50,021 nucleotides of DNA from Welwitschia mirabilis. Its lineage: Eukaryota. Shown piece after piece: positions 11,866 to 24,171 of this stretch; position 1 is the first letter of the stretch; every line of letters begins with the position of its first letter. A program made the translations under genes and the position numbers. The stretch is taken from contig JBOZIK010000001.1 in NCBI GenBank assembly GCA_051453625.1, forward strand, positions 9,749,212 to 9,799,232. The letters are read 5' to 3'. The notes below the pieces were generated by a model, which ran no database searches, was not told the origin of the DNA, and saw only the letters and a list, made by a program, of their open reading frames with translations.

Positions 11866-14800
11866 ATGGAAGGAGTGCCAACTTTCAGACCTCTACTCTT
11901 CGATGGGATAAACTATTCTTATTGAAAAGTGAGGATGTGGGTGTACTTATAGTATTTTGAGTTTCAAGTATGACAAAGCAAAGAAGAAGGATACATAGAA
12001 CTTACAAAAACTATAACAGATGTAATAAAAATAGAAACATCTAATGATGAGAAAGTTCATCCTTCTCATATGGCAGCTGTATATCTCCCAAAAAAAAAAT
12101 GAGAGAAGAGAAAAATATGAATCAGAAAGTGGAGATGAATCAAGTATGGATCTTTAAGAAAGGTATAATTTAATTTATAAAGAATTTGTTAAATTGTAAA
12201 AGTTACATACTAAGATGAAAAAATTCACTTCATACCCATGAAATAGCTTATAAACAAAAAAAGAATTCTTGCATTAAATTATATTGTGAAAACTTAGCTA
12301 TTAAAGCTGAGATTAGTAGATTAACATGTAATTTAAATAATGTAAGATAGGAACTCTTGTACTTAAAGACAATCAATGAGAAATTTACCTAAATAAAGAA
12401 GACTTTGAATATCATGCTTGGACAATGTAAAAGCTCAAATGATAAAAGTGGTTTGGACCATAATGACAAATGGAATTACAAGCCAAGGTATGAAAATTTA
12501 ATGTTTATAAATAATATTATGTATTATTATTACCACAAAAGAGGACATTATCAACATACTTGTTTACTAAAATTTAAAAATAGATATTACACTAACAATG
12601 CCAATAAGGCCTAGTAGAATGGTATAATGTTTTATGCAGAACAAACCAAGAAAAATGTGGATCTCAAAGCCAACACTTTTAGCACAACTTACACTAAAAG
12701 TAGTGAATAAACATGCTTGATAGGTAAATAGTCAATGCTTAAGAAACATGACTAGAGACAAATTCAGCTTCACCACATTAGTGGATTAAGATAAAGGAGT
12801 GGCAAACTTTGAAGACAACATAGAATATTGATACTATTGGAGGAGGTAATCTACTAGAGGTAAAGGATCTATTATTTGTAGAAGGTTTGCAACATAATCT
12901 GTTAAGTGTAAGTTAACTTTGTAATGCAAATTTTTCTATTAACTTTACAAATTCGGATTATGTTAGTAGAGAATAAAATTTAACAAAAGTTTTACTTGCT
13001 AGTATTAGAAAATTAAATGTCTATATTACTACTTTATAAAATATTTTTAACAATGGAACCAAGTTTTTATTAAACAAAATATTTGAAATAGAGCTATGGC
13101 ATAGGAAGATTATAACATGTGAACAAATATCTGCTCAAAATATTGTCTACAAAAGAAATAGTAATGGAACTTTCCAAGTTAAAAAGCATTGATAATCAAA
13201 TCTATGAAGCATACTAGAAAGAGAAGAAGAAAAAGGTAAGATTAAGTAAGAAAAATACTATCTCAACTTAACATCCTTTATATCTCTTACACCTTGATAT
13301 GTTGGTCCTTCATTTACAAAAAGTCTAGGTAAGAAAAAATATTATTTAACTATTGTAGATGAATTTTCTCATTTTACATGGGTAGCCTTCCTTGCACACA
13401 AGAATGAAACCTTTAATGTTTTTTTTTAAAGTTGTGTACTAGATTACAAAATTAAAAAGAATACAAAATAAAGATGACAATAAGTGACAATGGCATAGAA
13501 TTTAAAAATGCAAGGTTCATAGAGTTCTGTGAACAGTTTTGCATTCTACATTAATTTTCTGCATCAAGAACCCCTCATCAAAATGGAGTGGTAAAAAAAA
13601 GAATAGATTACTCAATGAAATGGCTAGAATAATAATGTATGATAAAAAGGTACATTATCATTTTTGGGCAGAAGCTATCAACACAACTTACTATGCTTCA
13701 AATAGAGTTTTGATAAGATGGTTTACTTCGAAAACTTCATATTAGCTATAGTCTAGTAAGAAACCATCTATAAATTACTTTTACATCTTTGGATCAAAGT
13801 GTTTTATTTTGATTGAAAAGAATAAGTTGAGAAAGTTTAATTCAAAATTTGATGAAGGCATTTTCCTAGGATATTCTTTGATCAATAAAGCATATTGAGT
13901 GTACAATAATAAAAACTATGTAGTTGAAGAAATTATTAATGTTGAATCCACTCTTGTAGAGGTGTAAGATAATTATATTCCTATGCAAATTGATCAAACA
14001 TCTAGTCATCTTTAAGTTCAATCTAACAATAAGAAGAAAAAGGAAGAAGATACAAAAACGAAAATCCTTCAACCATGATCAGATTAAAACGAAGTCACTC
14101 TATTAGTAACATAATAGGTAGTTCTTATAAAGGTATTCAAACTAAAAGCCATACTAAAGAATTTTATGGTTTTGTAGCTTATATTTCATAGGTTCAACTA
14201 AAAAATTTTAAAGTAGCTAAGAATGACAAAAATTGGAGGCTTGTAATGCAAGAAAAGCTTAACCAATTTGAAAAACATGATGTTTGAAAACTCACTCCAA
14301 GACTATCCAATAGACTTGTTATTGGCACTAATTGGGTTTTCAAAAACAAGACAGATAAACATGGAAATGTAATAAAAAACAAAGCAAGATTGGTAGCTAA
14401 AGAATACAATCAATAAAAAGGGATTGGCTTTAAAGAAAACTTTGCTCTAGTGGCACATATGGAATTAATAAGAATGCTTTTAACCTTTTCTTATTTCAAA
14501 AGGCTAAGACTTTATCAAATGGATGTCAAGAGTGCATTTCTAAATGGAATTCTACAAGAAGAAGTATATGTTAAGCAACCAAAAGGTTAATTCCCACAAG
14601 ACAGATCATGTTTACAAATTAAATAAGGATCTATATCATCTTAAACAAGCAACTAAAGCTTGATATGATAAACTCTTAGGACATCTTATTAAAAACAATT
14701 TCAAAAGAGGTACATCAGATGTCACTTTATTTATTAGAAAAGATGGTAAAATCTTTATTATTATTCAAATTTAGGTAGATTTTTGGTGCTACTAACCAAT

Positions 14801-15688
14801 TTTTTTGTGAGGATTTTGTTAAGATAATGCAAAATGAATTTGAAATAAGTCTCATGAGAGAAATGATCAATTTCTTGGGACTATAATTTATGCAACATAA
14901 TTAAGGTACTTTTATTTGCTAAGCTAAATATATCAAAAATTTCTTAATTAAATATGCTTTACAAGATTAGAAAGGGAAGGATACTCCAATGAATCAAAAC
15001 AGTAAGTTGGACGAAGATCAGAATGATAAGAAGGTGGATCAAAAGCTATTTAGAGGTATGATTGGTAGTCTATTTTATATTACTACTAGTATTTGTGCAT
15101 ATTATCAAAGTAATCATAGGGAATCACATCTCATTACTATTAAAAGAATTTTTCATTACTTAAAAGATACTACTAATTGGGGCCTTTGGTATTCAAAGGT
15201 CTTATGCCTTAATCTAGTAGAATATTGTGATGTAGATTGGGTAGGATATAAAGATGACAGAAGTAGCACAAGTGGAATCTACTTCTTACTTGAATAATGC
15301 TTGATTTCTTGAAGTATTAAAAAGTATAAATCAACCACTCTATTAACTGCTCAGGTCAAGTACATTATTGCTAGGAGTTGCTATGCATAACTACTATAGA
15401 TGAAGAAAATGTTAAAAGATTTTTTACTCTCTATGAATAAAATTCCCATCTATTATAACAATAAGAGCACCATAAACATATCAAAGAATCTCATACAACA
15501 CTCAAGAACTAAGTACATTGAGATCCAACATTACTTTCTCAAATAACATGTTTAAAAAAAATACATTATGATGTAATATATCAATATAGACAAACAACTT
15601 GCCGATGTATTCACAAAACCTCCAAGTACTGAAAGGTATGTAAAGTTGTATAGAAATTTGGGGATTGGGCCTTGCCTAATTAGGTAAG
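11866..15688 (+). pseudogene. gag-pol: Sirevirus gag-pol (internally deleted gag; protease, integrase, RT, RNase H), degenerate
   Basis: MEGVPTFRPLLFDGINYSY*KVRM; LNIMLGQCKSSNDKSGL; protease remnant VNSQCL..HMTRD at ~12725; LWHR, IVDEFSHFTWV, SDNGIEFKN, FWAEAINT; YQMDVKSAFLNG; YCDVDWVG..DRSSTSG; QLADVFTKP. Confidence 0.95.
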
Positions 15689-15859
15689 TTATTAGGTACT
15701 ATTATTTAAATCTTACCTCCACCTTGTATTTATCTATGAGTTAAGCTTATAGTTAGATGTAAAAAATAAAAATAAAATTTTGTGCATGTTACTTTGCTTT
15801 CTAAGGTGTTATTATTATCTTGATATTAGTTGTAGAATATTTTAAAAGTTCTGAAAATT

Positions 15860-16205
15860 TTATGGTATATGTCTTTAGTTTTATAGATGTCTATCAGAGA
15901 GACATCTTCAAATTTGTAAACATATTTGGAGCAGACGTCTTAAGTTTTATAGATATCTTGAAAGGTTAGATATCTACTTTTTATATTTTAGACATCTTTC
16001 AGTAGGTAGACATCTTTTCTATACTATTGCAAAAATTAAAAATGCACTAGAGACTAGTGTTTTGACCCTTTTTATTTAGAGAAGAGGCCATAAGATCTTA
16101 TTTTCAAGTCTTCATTGGATAGATATTTCTCTCAGATCATTTTTTAGGGCTGATTCTCTTAGTTTTCTCTGCCAAGACATCATGCATTTGGGAGACATCT
16201 TTACA
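15860..16205. repeat. Array of decayed AGACGTCT palindromes between pol and env-like
   Basis: About 10 copies of agacatct/agatgtct/agatatct plus one intact agacgtct at 15933. Confidence 0.85.
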
Positions 16206-16262
16206 ATGAGAAAGAATAGGATTATTTTTTCACATGGGTGCACATTTTTCATTATTTCGACC

Positions 16263-17410
16263 ATGGTTAAAAGAAAGTCTATTGGTACTTCAAAAGAAAA
16301 AGAATAAGAAATAGAACCTCAAAGATCTTAGTATGAGCCTCATTTTTACCATGAGGCAGTTTTAAGAAGATATATAACTTAGACATTATTATATTATTTC
16401 ACAAGGGACAAACTTTGGGCCACCCTTATCTTATTAGTTTAATTATTAGTAGCACTAGCATAACAGTTCCTTAGGTAAATATTATTCATTAGAAGAAACC
16501 TTTAGTTGAATTTAGTGAAAAATGGAGAGTATTAGTGCCACTAGGTGAGGGATTAAGCATAAGTCCTTCACAATTTCAGAGATCTTACTCCATGGCTACA
16601 CATAGTTCATCCTTCATCAATAAGGAATTAAAGGAAATAGAAAAAATGGTTGGTAAAATTGATAAAAATTTATTGAGATTAAAGAAATATAGGTCCACAA
16701 CAACTAGCAAGGATGATGCACAAGCAAAGAGTTGGAATCCATGAGGACTCTCATATGGATAGACTCGGAAGATAAATCAAAAGAAGAATCACCTCCAGCT
16801 CCATAGGGAATACATTATGGCTTAGATATAGTTGTAGATATTGATTCTACAGAGTCATCAAAGATACGACACTAATTTAGGAGGAGTACTAGGCTCGCAC
16901 GGAGGCACAGGTGTAGGGGGAGCAATAGGCTTTAGGTCCTTTATAGAGGAAGTAGGAGATAGAGTTAGGGAGCTTAGATGTTTAGCCTCTTATCTTCCAT
17001 TGGCCATGTTACCCTACGCAGCCACCTTCACCTCCTAGACCCTCATCATCACCACACATACCATCTCCACCTCCATTGCGCATATCCTCTTCACCTCCAT
17101 CTCGAACCAATGCTCTTCATATCCCACCACTTGCCACTGTTACATTACCACCATTCTTTATAGAAACTACCATAACTAGTTTTTTTAGGATGTCCATCAC
17201 TCCTTAAATGTATTAACATATGTGGACAAAGATCTATGAGGGTCCAAGTGATGCCTATCATCATCCTTCCAGGAAGTACTGCACTCTGTTAACTACATCC
17301 TTATTATCATCTACCATATAGACCTCCTCTACCTATGATAGTAATGATGTCAGGGATGAAGAAGAAAAAGGCATATATTATAATAGTGACTCTACCCTTA
17401 GTGATTAGCT
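16263..17410 (+). pseudogene. Sirevirus env-like ORF remnant
   Basis: Lies between RNase H and the PPTs; basic start MVKRKSIGTSKEKE, fragment FINKELKEIEKMVG, Pro/His-rich then acidic tail; broken by stops. Confidence 0.6.
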
Positions 17411-17423
17411 CCTTTTATCTACT

Positions 17424-18042
17424 ATCCAAAAAGGAGGAGAAGTAAAGGAAAATTAGTTAAGAAGAAAAGGCAAATTAGTTGAGAAGAAATGACAAATCAT
17501 TTGGACAAACCAGCCTTTAGTATAAGAACATCCTGTTAGACATGGAGGACTTAACTATTAGATGATGGAATAGGTCCTTAAGTGACATCATCATTCATTG
17601 ATGTTTCTTCTTAATTATTTGGCACATATTATCATGCCTTGTTATTTCTATCATTATTATTATTTGGATTTGTTTTTAGCACACTTTGTCTATTAACACT
17701 TTTATGTTTTAATATTATTTCCTATTGGTACATTTTCATGATCCTTAATTATGCATTGTTGGCATAAAATTCAAATAGTATGCTCTAATTTTGTTGTTAG
17801 CATATTACCATGAGGACATTTTTAGTTGTCAATGAATGACTTTATTCAAAGCTAATATGCATTTCTTATTACTATGCTCTACATGTGTTTTTAAATGGTT
17901 AAAATCATGATTGTTCAATATTATTGCAAAAAATTATTATATGCATATGTGCTTGAATAATAAATATCTTAATTTAGTTGATTTAATATGGTTACACTAA
18001 TTGGATTTGCCATGTTTTAGACATCATCAAAAAGAAGGAGAT
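17424..18042 (+). promoter_or_regulatory. Sirevirus multiple-PPT region
   Basis: ccaaaaaggaggagaa at ~17426 and atcaaaaagaaggagat at 18026-18042, decayed forms of the SIRE AAAGGGGGAGA signature. Confidence 0.8.
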
Positions 18043-19590
18043 TATTGGTAAATATAGTTTTGATGATTCTACTTATCAAATATTCTATCATTGCATAGAT
18101 AGATTAATGTAAAGAAAATCAGATCTAAAATAGCATAAGTTGATATTAAACCTCAAGATAATATCTTGCAAAAAGCTCAAAATTAAAATTGCTAAATCAG
18201 TTTCAAGTCATAGTCTAAAGACGACTATCTTATTAAAGACAACTATGCTAAAAGTTGGATCTGGCACTGATGAAAGTCATCTACATGTTTGAATACATCT
18301 ATACTAAATTGGAATAAGTAACAGAGTTATTTTATACTTTGATAAATATTTTACTTTCTAGATAAGCTATCAAGATTTGCATCGTAGATTCATGATCATG
18401 GAGGACAAAAGTTTATACAGTTTAATTTTCATCAATTTTTGGGTACTTTGGATGAAGACACCTATTAGGTGAAGATGTTTTACCATTAGCAGTCATCTAC
18501 AATTTTCAAGACATATTGAATAAAGGTTTACATTGAATTAAAATGAAGATGCACACCTGACACCTAGATGCTCCTATCCATTTCACAGTGGCTACAAAGT
18601 TTAAACAGCTACTATTTAAGGTTGAATAACTAGTATCTCTCAAAAAGTATAAAGGCATGACGTGATGAAACAAATGAAACATAAATGGAATAAAACAATC
18701 GAATCTAATACAAATAAAAAATGAATCTAGCACAAAGAAAATTAAGAATACATGGGTGATTAGAACTACTTATGAAGGATAAGAGTTATTATTTACACAT
18801 GAACTTTTAGTGTCTACATCTTTTGTTCTTGGATCCTATATTGTTGCATCATTATCTAGCACTCGTGATGATGATGACAACAAGGAACTTAAGCTCTTCT
18901 TTAAAGAAACATCATTCAAGCTTGTTCTTATATCTATTTTCTGGGTCTTACATTATTGGACTATTCCATTTTTAAATATTGTTGTAAAGTCCATTCTTGT
19001 ATTATCAAATCTTAAGGACCCCTTGATAGGATTCCTCATTTTAAGGCAATGCTTATACGGGCATGCTTCATTAGTACTTGTGAGCACTTGTGTTGTTGTA
19101 TTTCCTAGAGGGGAAGAGTTTTGTACCTTATTAGAAGCATCTCACTTTATGGTTATGCCTTTGAGCACATTGTTGTTTCTTGAGGAGAAGATTTTTCTAC
19201 CTTGCAAGGAGCATCTCACTTTATGGTTAAGCCTATGAGTACATTGTTATTTTCTTGAGGGAAAGAGTTTGCTATCTTGCGAGATGCATCTCACTTTGTG
19301 CTTGTCTCTATGAGCACATTATTGGTTTCTTTGAGGGAAAGAGAGTGTTACCTTGTGAGGAGACTCTCATATTATTGTAAGATTGGTGGTAATCCAAAAC
19401 CACTATTCTTTGCAGGAAGAGTATCCAAAGGTGTGAGAGGAAGCTACCCTATGTGTGTAGACATACCCAGGTTAAGAAACCATGTTCTCTCAGTAAGGTG
19501 TCTATAATATTATTTTTTAAATTTGTTATTGATGAAATTTTTATTTGGTAGAATACATTCACCCTTCTCCTCTAAGTTTAATGATCCTTA
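18043..19590 (+). repeat. 3' LTR of the Sirevirus (1548 bp)
   Basis: Colinear with the 5' LTR but lacks ~110 bp corresponding to ~10352-10463. Confidence 0.95.
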
Positions 19591-22500
19591 GGGTTACAGT
19601 GTCAAACAAATAAAATATCTTCTAAATAAACTTGTAAAAATTGAAAAATTAATAAGAAAATTTTTAAGTATAATAGTTAAAAAAAGTGAACACAAAAGTA
19701 TCTCCAAATCCCCCCTTTTATTTCCAATTTTTACCTTTTTCACAATCACACATATTTCTTGCTTTAAGCATTTACATCAAATTGAGCATTTAGTATTATG
19801 ACTTTTTTCCCAATGAAATTAAGCATGTTGTTTCTTAAAGAAATTAGTACTGCATTACCAACAAGTGGTTATAGCCCTAATGCAGTTGATCATGTCATAA
19901 ATAAATTGTTAGAGCTGCATTGGCAATGAGCGTTCATATCTCTAATGTAGTTAACTAAACACAATTAGTCAATCAAATAAAATATTCTTTTGAAAAAGAA
20001 ATATTATTTTTCCTTTTTATTCTTATTTCCATATTTAATATTATTTTTTTATGATATGAAAATTGTCATTGGATCATTAGATTTATTCACTAAGAACTAT
20101 CAACTAGGGTCATCAAGCCTTTAAAACTCATATATGTAGGGAAGGAGAGGATGGTTAGTGAGTTTTATGAAGTTGGATCAAGTTGAAAAAGGTGGATGGT
20201 GAGGTTTGAGACAATAATAGCTTATTTTATGAAATGGATGATATTTGGGATTTTTTAAATGAAAAGGTTTAATGCAACGATGGCTTATTCTATGCTGTGG
20301 ATGATATTTGGGGTTTTCTAAATAAAAAAATTTTAAGATGATGATTATATAGTTGGTAGTGTTTGGATTGTTTTAAGAAAGAAAGACCATCAAGAAAATA
20401 ATGTTTTCAAAGGTTTTTCCCCATTCTAAGTTTACTCTAAAATAAAAATCTAATTAAAATGAAAAAGTTAATATATAAGAATAGAATAAAACTAAAAGTT
20501 TTAAATTAAACGGGTTTTTGATATGGTGCATGTATGAAGACTCAAGATGGTAAAAACAAATGTTCGATGATGGATTGAAATTTTGTAAAGAATTTTAAAT
20601 TGGAATAGAATCCATGTGGATTTCTATGCATGATTCCATGAAATCAAAAATAACATTAGTATACCCAATAAGGTTTATACATTGAAAGTCAGAATTAGTC
20701 CATTCTTTAGCTTGTTTTTTCTTATTCAACAACTTATACTAGACATCGTTTTGGGGTGAAGATAAAAGTGAGTTAGAGAACATTATATAAAGTAAATATT
20801 AATTAATAAAATTTTTAGAGGATGATTATAAGGATAAATAAAATTTCTCTTCTTTATTTAGATTTGGGTCTTATTTAGAAGACAAAAATGAGAGTGAAAT
20901 AGTTGGCTCATAAAGTTGTTAAGAAAAAGATGAGGATTTATTATAGGATGAATTATGTATGGATTATTTGCTAATGTTCTCCTCTTTATTAAGATTTCTA
21001 GGGGATTTTTCCTCATGTGATTACTCATATGATAATGGTTGCACCTCTAAAAAAGGATCTTCTTCAATGTTGTTCTTCTCATTGATGTTAGATATTGACT
21101 CATCCTATATTGTATAACTCTTAAATGTATATCCTTCCTCAAATGGTTGATTATCTTTTAATGATTTATCTTTCTATGTTTAGTTCTTTTTCAAAGTATA
21201 GCCTTTTCTAAAATGATTGTTCACTCTTTAATGCATTTTCATACTCAAGATCCTCATGGATTTTCTTATTAGTTTCTTACTCACTCCTAGATGATATGAT
21301 CTAAGCATCATTAATTTCACTAGCATTAAACATTTCAAGGTTTTTAAGACTTTTAGGTTTGTGAAATATAGGAAGGTCTTATTTTCTTATTAATTAAGCT
21401 TAGGTTAGTTGTCATGTTTATTATGATTTAAAAAATAGAGAATTTATTGGAGAATTTATATATGGGTTTGGGTGGTCTATTAAAGATTATTTAAGAAGAA
21501 GAAATGTTTCTTAAGATTTTTTTCATGATTACAGATAATTTGGGTTTCTATTTTCAAGCATTTTCTTAATGATTCCTCCAATAGAATAGATGAATAAGGT
21601 TGTTAGTTTGATCGATAAGGATGAAAGGATGAAGAAGCTTGATAAGATGGTAAAGGATAAGGGTTATGAGGGATGGTAAAAGGTATGAGATCAAACTCTT
21701 TTTATTCAAAATAAGGATTTTCAAACTCAATGCTCCAAATAGGTTGATCTATATGCTAATGGAATTCTAAGCTTTAAAGATATTCTTTAAATATTTACCT
21801 AGTATTAGAAGGATCTCAGGGTTTAAAATGGTATGGATTTTTGTATTCTCATTAAATATAGTATTCTAAGTTTCTTAGATCAAATATAATCTCTTATAGT
21901 TTATTTAAGATGAATATGATTAGGTAAGCTATACAGATTTTCAAAGTTTCCATAAATAGATTGGCATTTAGAATGTATTTCATACATTCTACCAAATGGA
22001 TCTCATGTCTAACATGTTTTTAGAAAATAGTTAATAAAATTCACTATATTCACACTTTTTTAAGGTTTTAGAAAAGGCCTAGTATCAGAAGGGGTTCAAA
22101 GGGTAAAGAAGAGATTATTTGCAAAAGATTGATTAAAAAACTCATGAAAAAGCTAGCGATGCTAGTTAAGGAAGGCAGAGGCACCAATTGTTTGAGGAAA
22201 AATGGCTTAAAAAAAGGATAAAGTTACTTTTGGGCTGATAAAATGATTCACATTACTAGCTTATAGGAAAACGTGATAGAAATTTAAATGATTGCAACTT
22301 AAAAAAAATAAAATCTAGAAAAATAAATCTTAAATATTTTTCTTTTTTAAAAATTTATTAAAAAACTTGAAAGGTGACAAAAATAGAAATTAGCTAATAA
22401 AATAAAAACTTATAGAAAACAAAAATGAAACCAAAAAAAAGATTTCTATATTAGGTTTTCTCTTTTTGTGGTTCTTGTTTTGGTTGCAACCTAAAAAACA

Positions 22501-22767
22501 TAATTAAACTTGTAACACAAAATATCTGATATGAAAATGTTTATCAAGTTAGAGGAATAAAAAATAAATAAAACTTTAAAAAGGACTAGTTATGATATCA
22601 TTAAAAATAGACTATTACCCATCATTGAAAAGACAAGAACAAGAAAAAAGACTAGTTCAAGTATCACTAGAAGGAACCAATGCTAATCACTGAGAAAACT
22701 TAAAAACTAAACTAAAAGTTGCAACAAAGAAAAGTTATGCTCCTTTTGAGAAGATATTATGTCATTA

Positions 22768-22785
22768 TTCCCAATAAGAGTGCCA
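22768..22785 (-). promoter_or_regulatory. PBS of element A (tRNA-Asp type, decayed)
   Basis: Minus tggcactcttattgggaa vs the Athila PBS TGGCGCCGTTGCCGGGGA, 5 nt from the LTR end. Confidence 0.7.
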
Positions 22786-22790
22786 AAATC

Positions 22791-24171
22791 TATTCATAAG
22801 ACAAATATTTTCTTTATTATAATAAAGAAAGACTTCAATACAAACTAGGCAAGCATTTAGTAAATCGAGGTAAGATTAGATAGAGGCAACATAACATTCT
22901 TTACCCTATAAGAAATCAAAGAAAAATCTAAAAATGAGATTGTGATGAATTTGAACTTAATTGATGAAATAGGAATACAAACTAACTCTAGAGGCCTAAT
23001 TTGAATCATTTAACTTGTAAAACTTTGACTTCGATAATGTTTTATATTTTTTTAAAATAATTATAAGATTGTTAAGTCATTTTAGTAATTACGTCATGTT
23101 GACATAATTTCATTTACCACATGAGTGTTGATGAATTACTCAGTCCCTTTGATCCTTTATATCTCTTCATAAGCATGTACTATGCAAAAGATCCATCAAA
23201 TACTCCTGACTGCAAATCTTAAAAGTAACCTCAAGAAACTCACTTAGTAAATGAAAGAACTAATAATCTAATTTTACCTAAGGATTAAAAGAAACAGTTA
23301 TATGCACTAAAAATTAAAGTATGAAAAACTACTTTTATATTACAATAGAAGATACATTACAATGAAGGATGAAAGAAAAATAGGTATGGACTCCTTAAAG
23401 CTAGCCTTGAAGCTAGCTCACTCCCAAAGGAGGAGCTCAGAATGCCATGTCAAAGTGATGCTCTAAGAGTTTAATCTATTTTTCACTAGCTAAAGCTATT
23501 TAAAAATGAGAACTCAAGGCCCTTTTATAAGTGAGGGTAAGGTTGAGGTGGTTTGGCATTTAGTGTTAGATGGGTGGTTACAATCCTTTATCATATAGAA
23601 CTAGGTGGAGGATAAGATTCCTCTTCTTATAGCATTAGATTAAAGCTTCATCATGTAGTATTTGGTGAAAGCTTAATCCTGTAGTATTTGATGGAGTGAT
23701 TAACATTCATCATCTTGTAGCATTAGGTGGAATCTTTGTCTTCTTTTATTAGGTGAAAGATTCATCATATAGTATTAAGTAAAAGCTTCATCACATAGTA
23801 TTAGGTAGGGTGGTTAAGATTACTCATCCTATAGTGTTTGGTGGAGGTTGTTATGATGATTCTAACATGTCGCCTTTGAAGCTAGATTACTTCACCAACT
23901 AATGTCATTACCATTTGTCTCTTATACCATCTCTACATGCCACTGCAACATGTCTTCCAATGCTACTGCCACTGTTTAGTTCTAGTTTATTACAAATGGT
24001 TCAAAATACTACTAAATTTTGAAAATGTTATAGAGAAATACATAAAATCAAGTATGACATAAAAAATAGCTAAAAAGATATTTTTATGATTAAATCTCTT
24101 AAATCAATGTTTTTACTAAGATAAATTGGTCTAATATACTTGGTATAAATATTAATTTTTACATGTTATCA
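22791..24171 (-). repeat. 5' LTR of element A (1381 bp)
   Basis: Colinear with 7900-9310; minus start tgataacatg; followed by the ATCAT TSD. Confidence 0.92.

Larger units (their letters stand above)
10192..19590 (+). mobile_element. Full-length degenerate Sirevirus nested in element A
   Basis: LTRs 10192-11813 and 18043-19590; PBS tggtattagag at 11816; gag-pro-int-RT-RH-env order; two PPT signatures; decayed TSD AGATT (10187-10191) vs GGGTT (19591-19595). Confidence 0.95.
7900..24171 (-). mobile_element. Two-LTR non-autonomous Athila-like Gypsy element (element A), ~6.9 kb once the nested Sirevirus is removed
   Basis: Direct-repeat LTRs 7900-9310 and 22791-24171; perfect TSD ATCAT at 7895-7899 and 24172-24176; PBS and PPT in the expected places. 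Confidence 0.92.

Noticed and set aside
16978..17163. His-rich 61-aa ORF as a metal-binding peptide
   Set aside because: It is probably an alternative frame of the CCA/CCT-rich, Pro-rich env-like tail.
20220..20345. ~63-bp duplication (also a 35-bp duplication at 32985-33050)
   Set aside because: Ordinary local slippage duplications inside dead elements; no sign of function.
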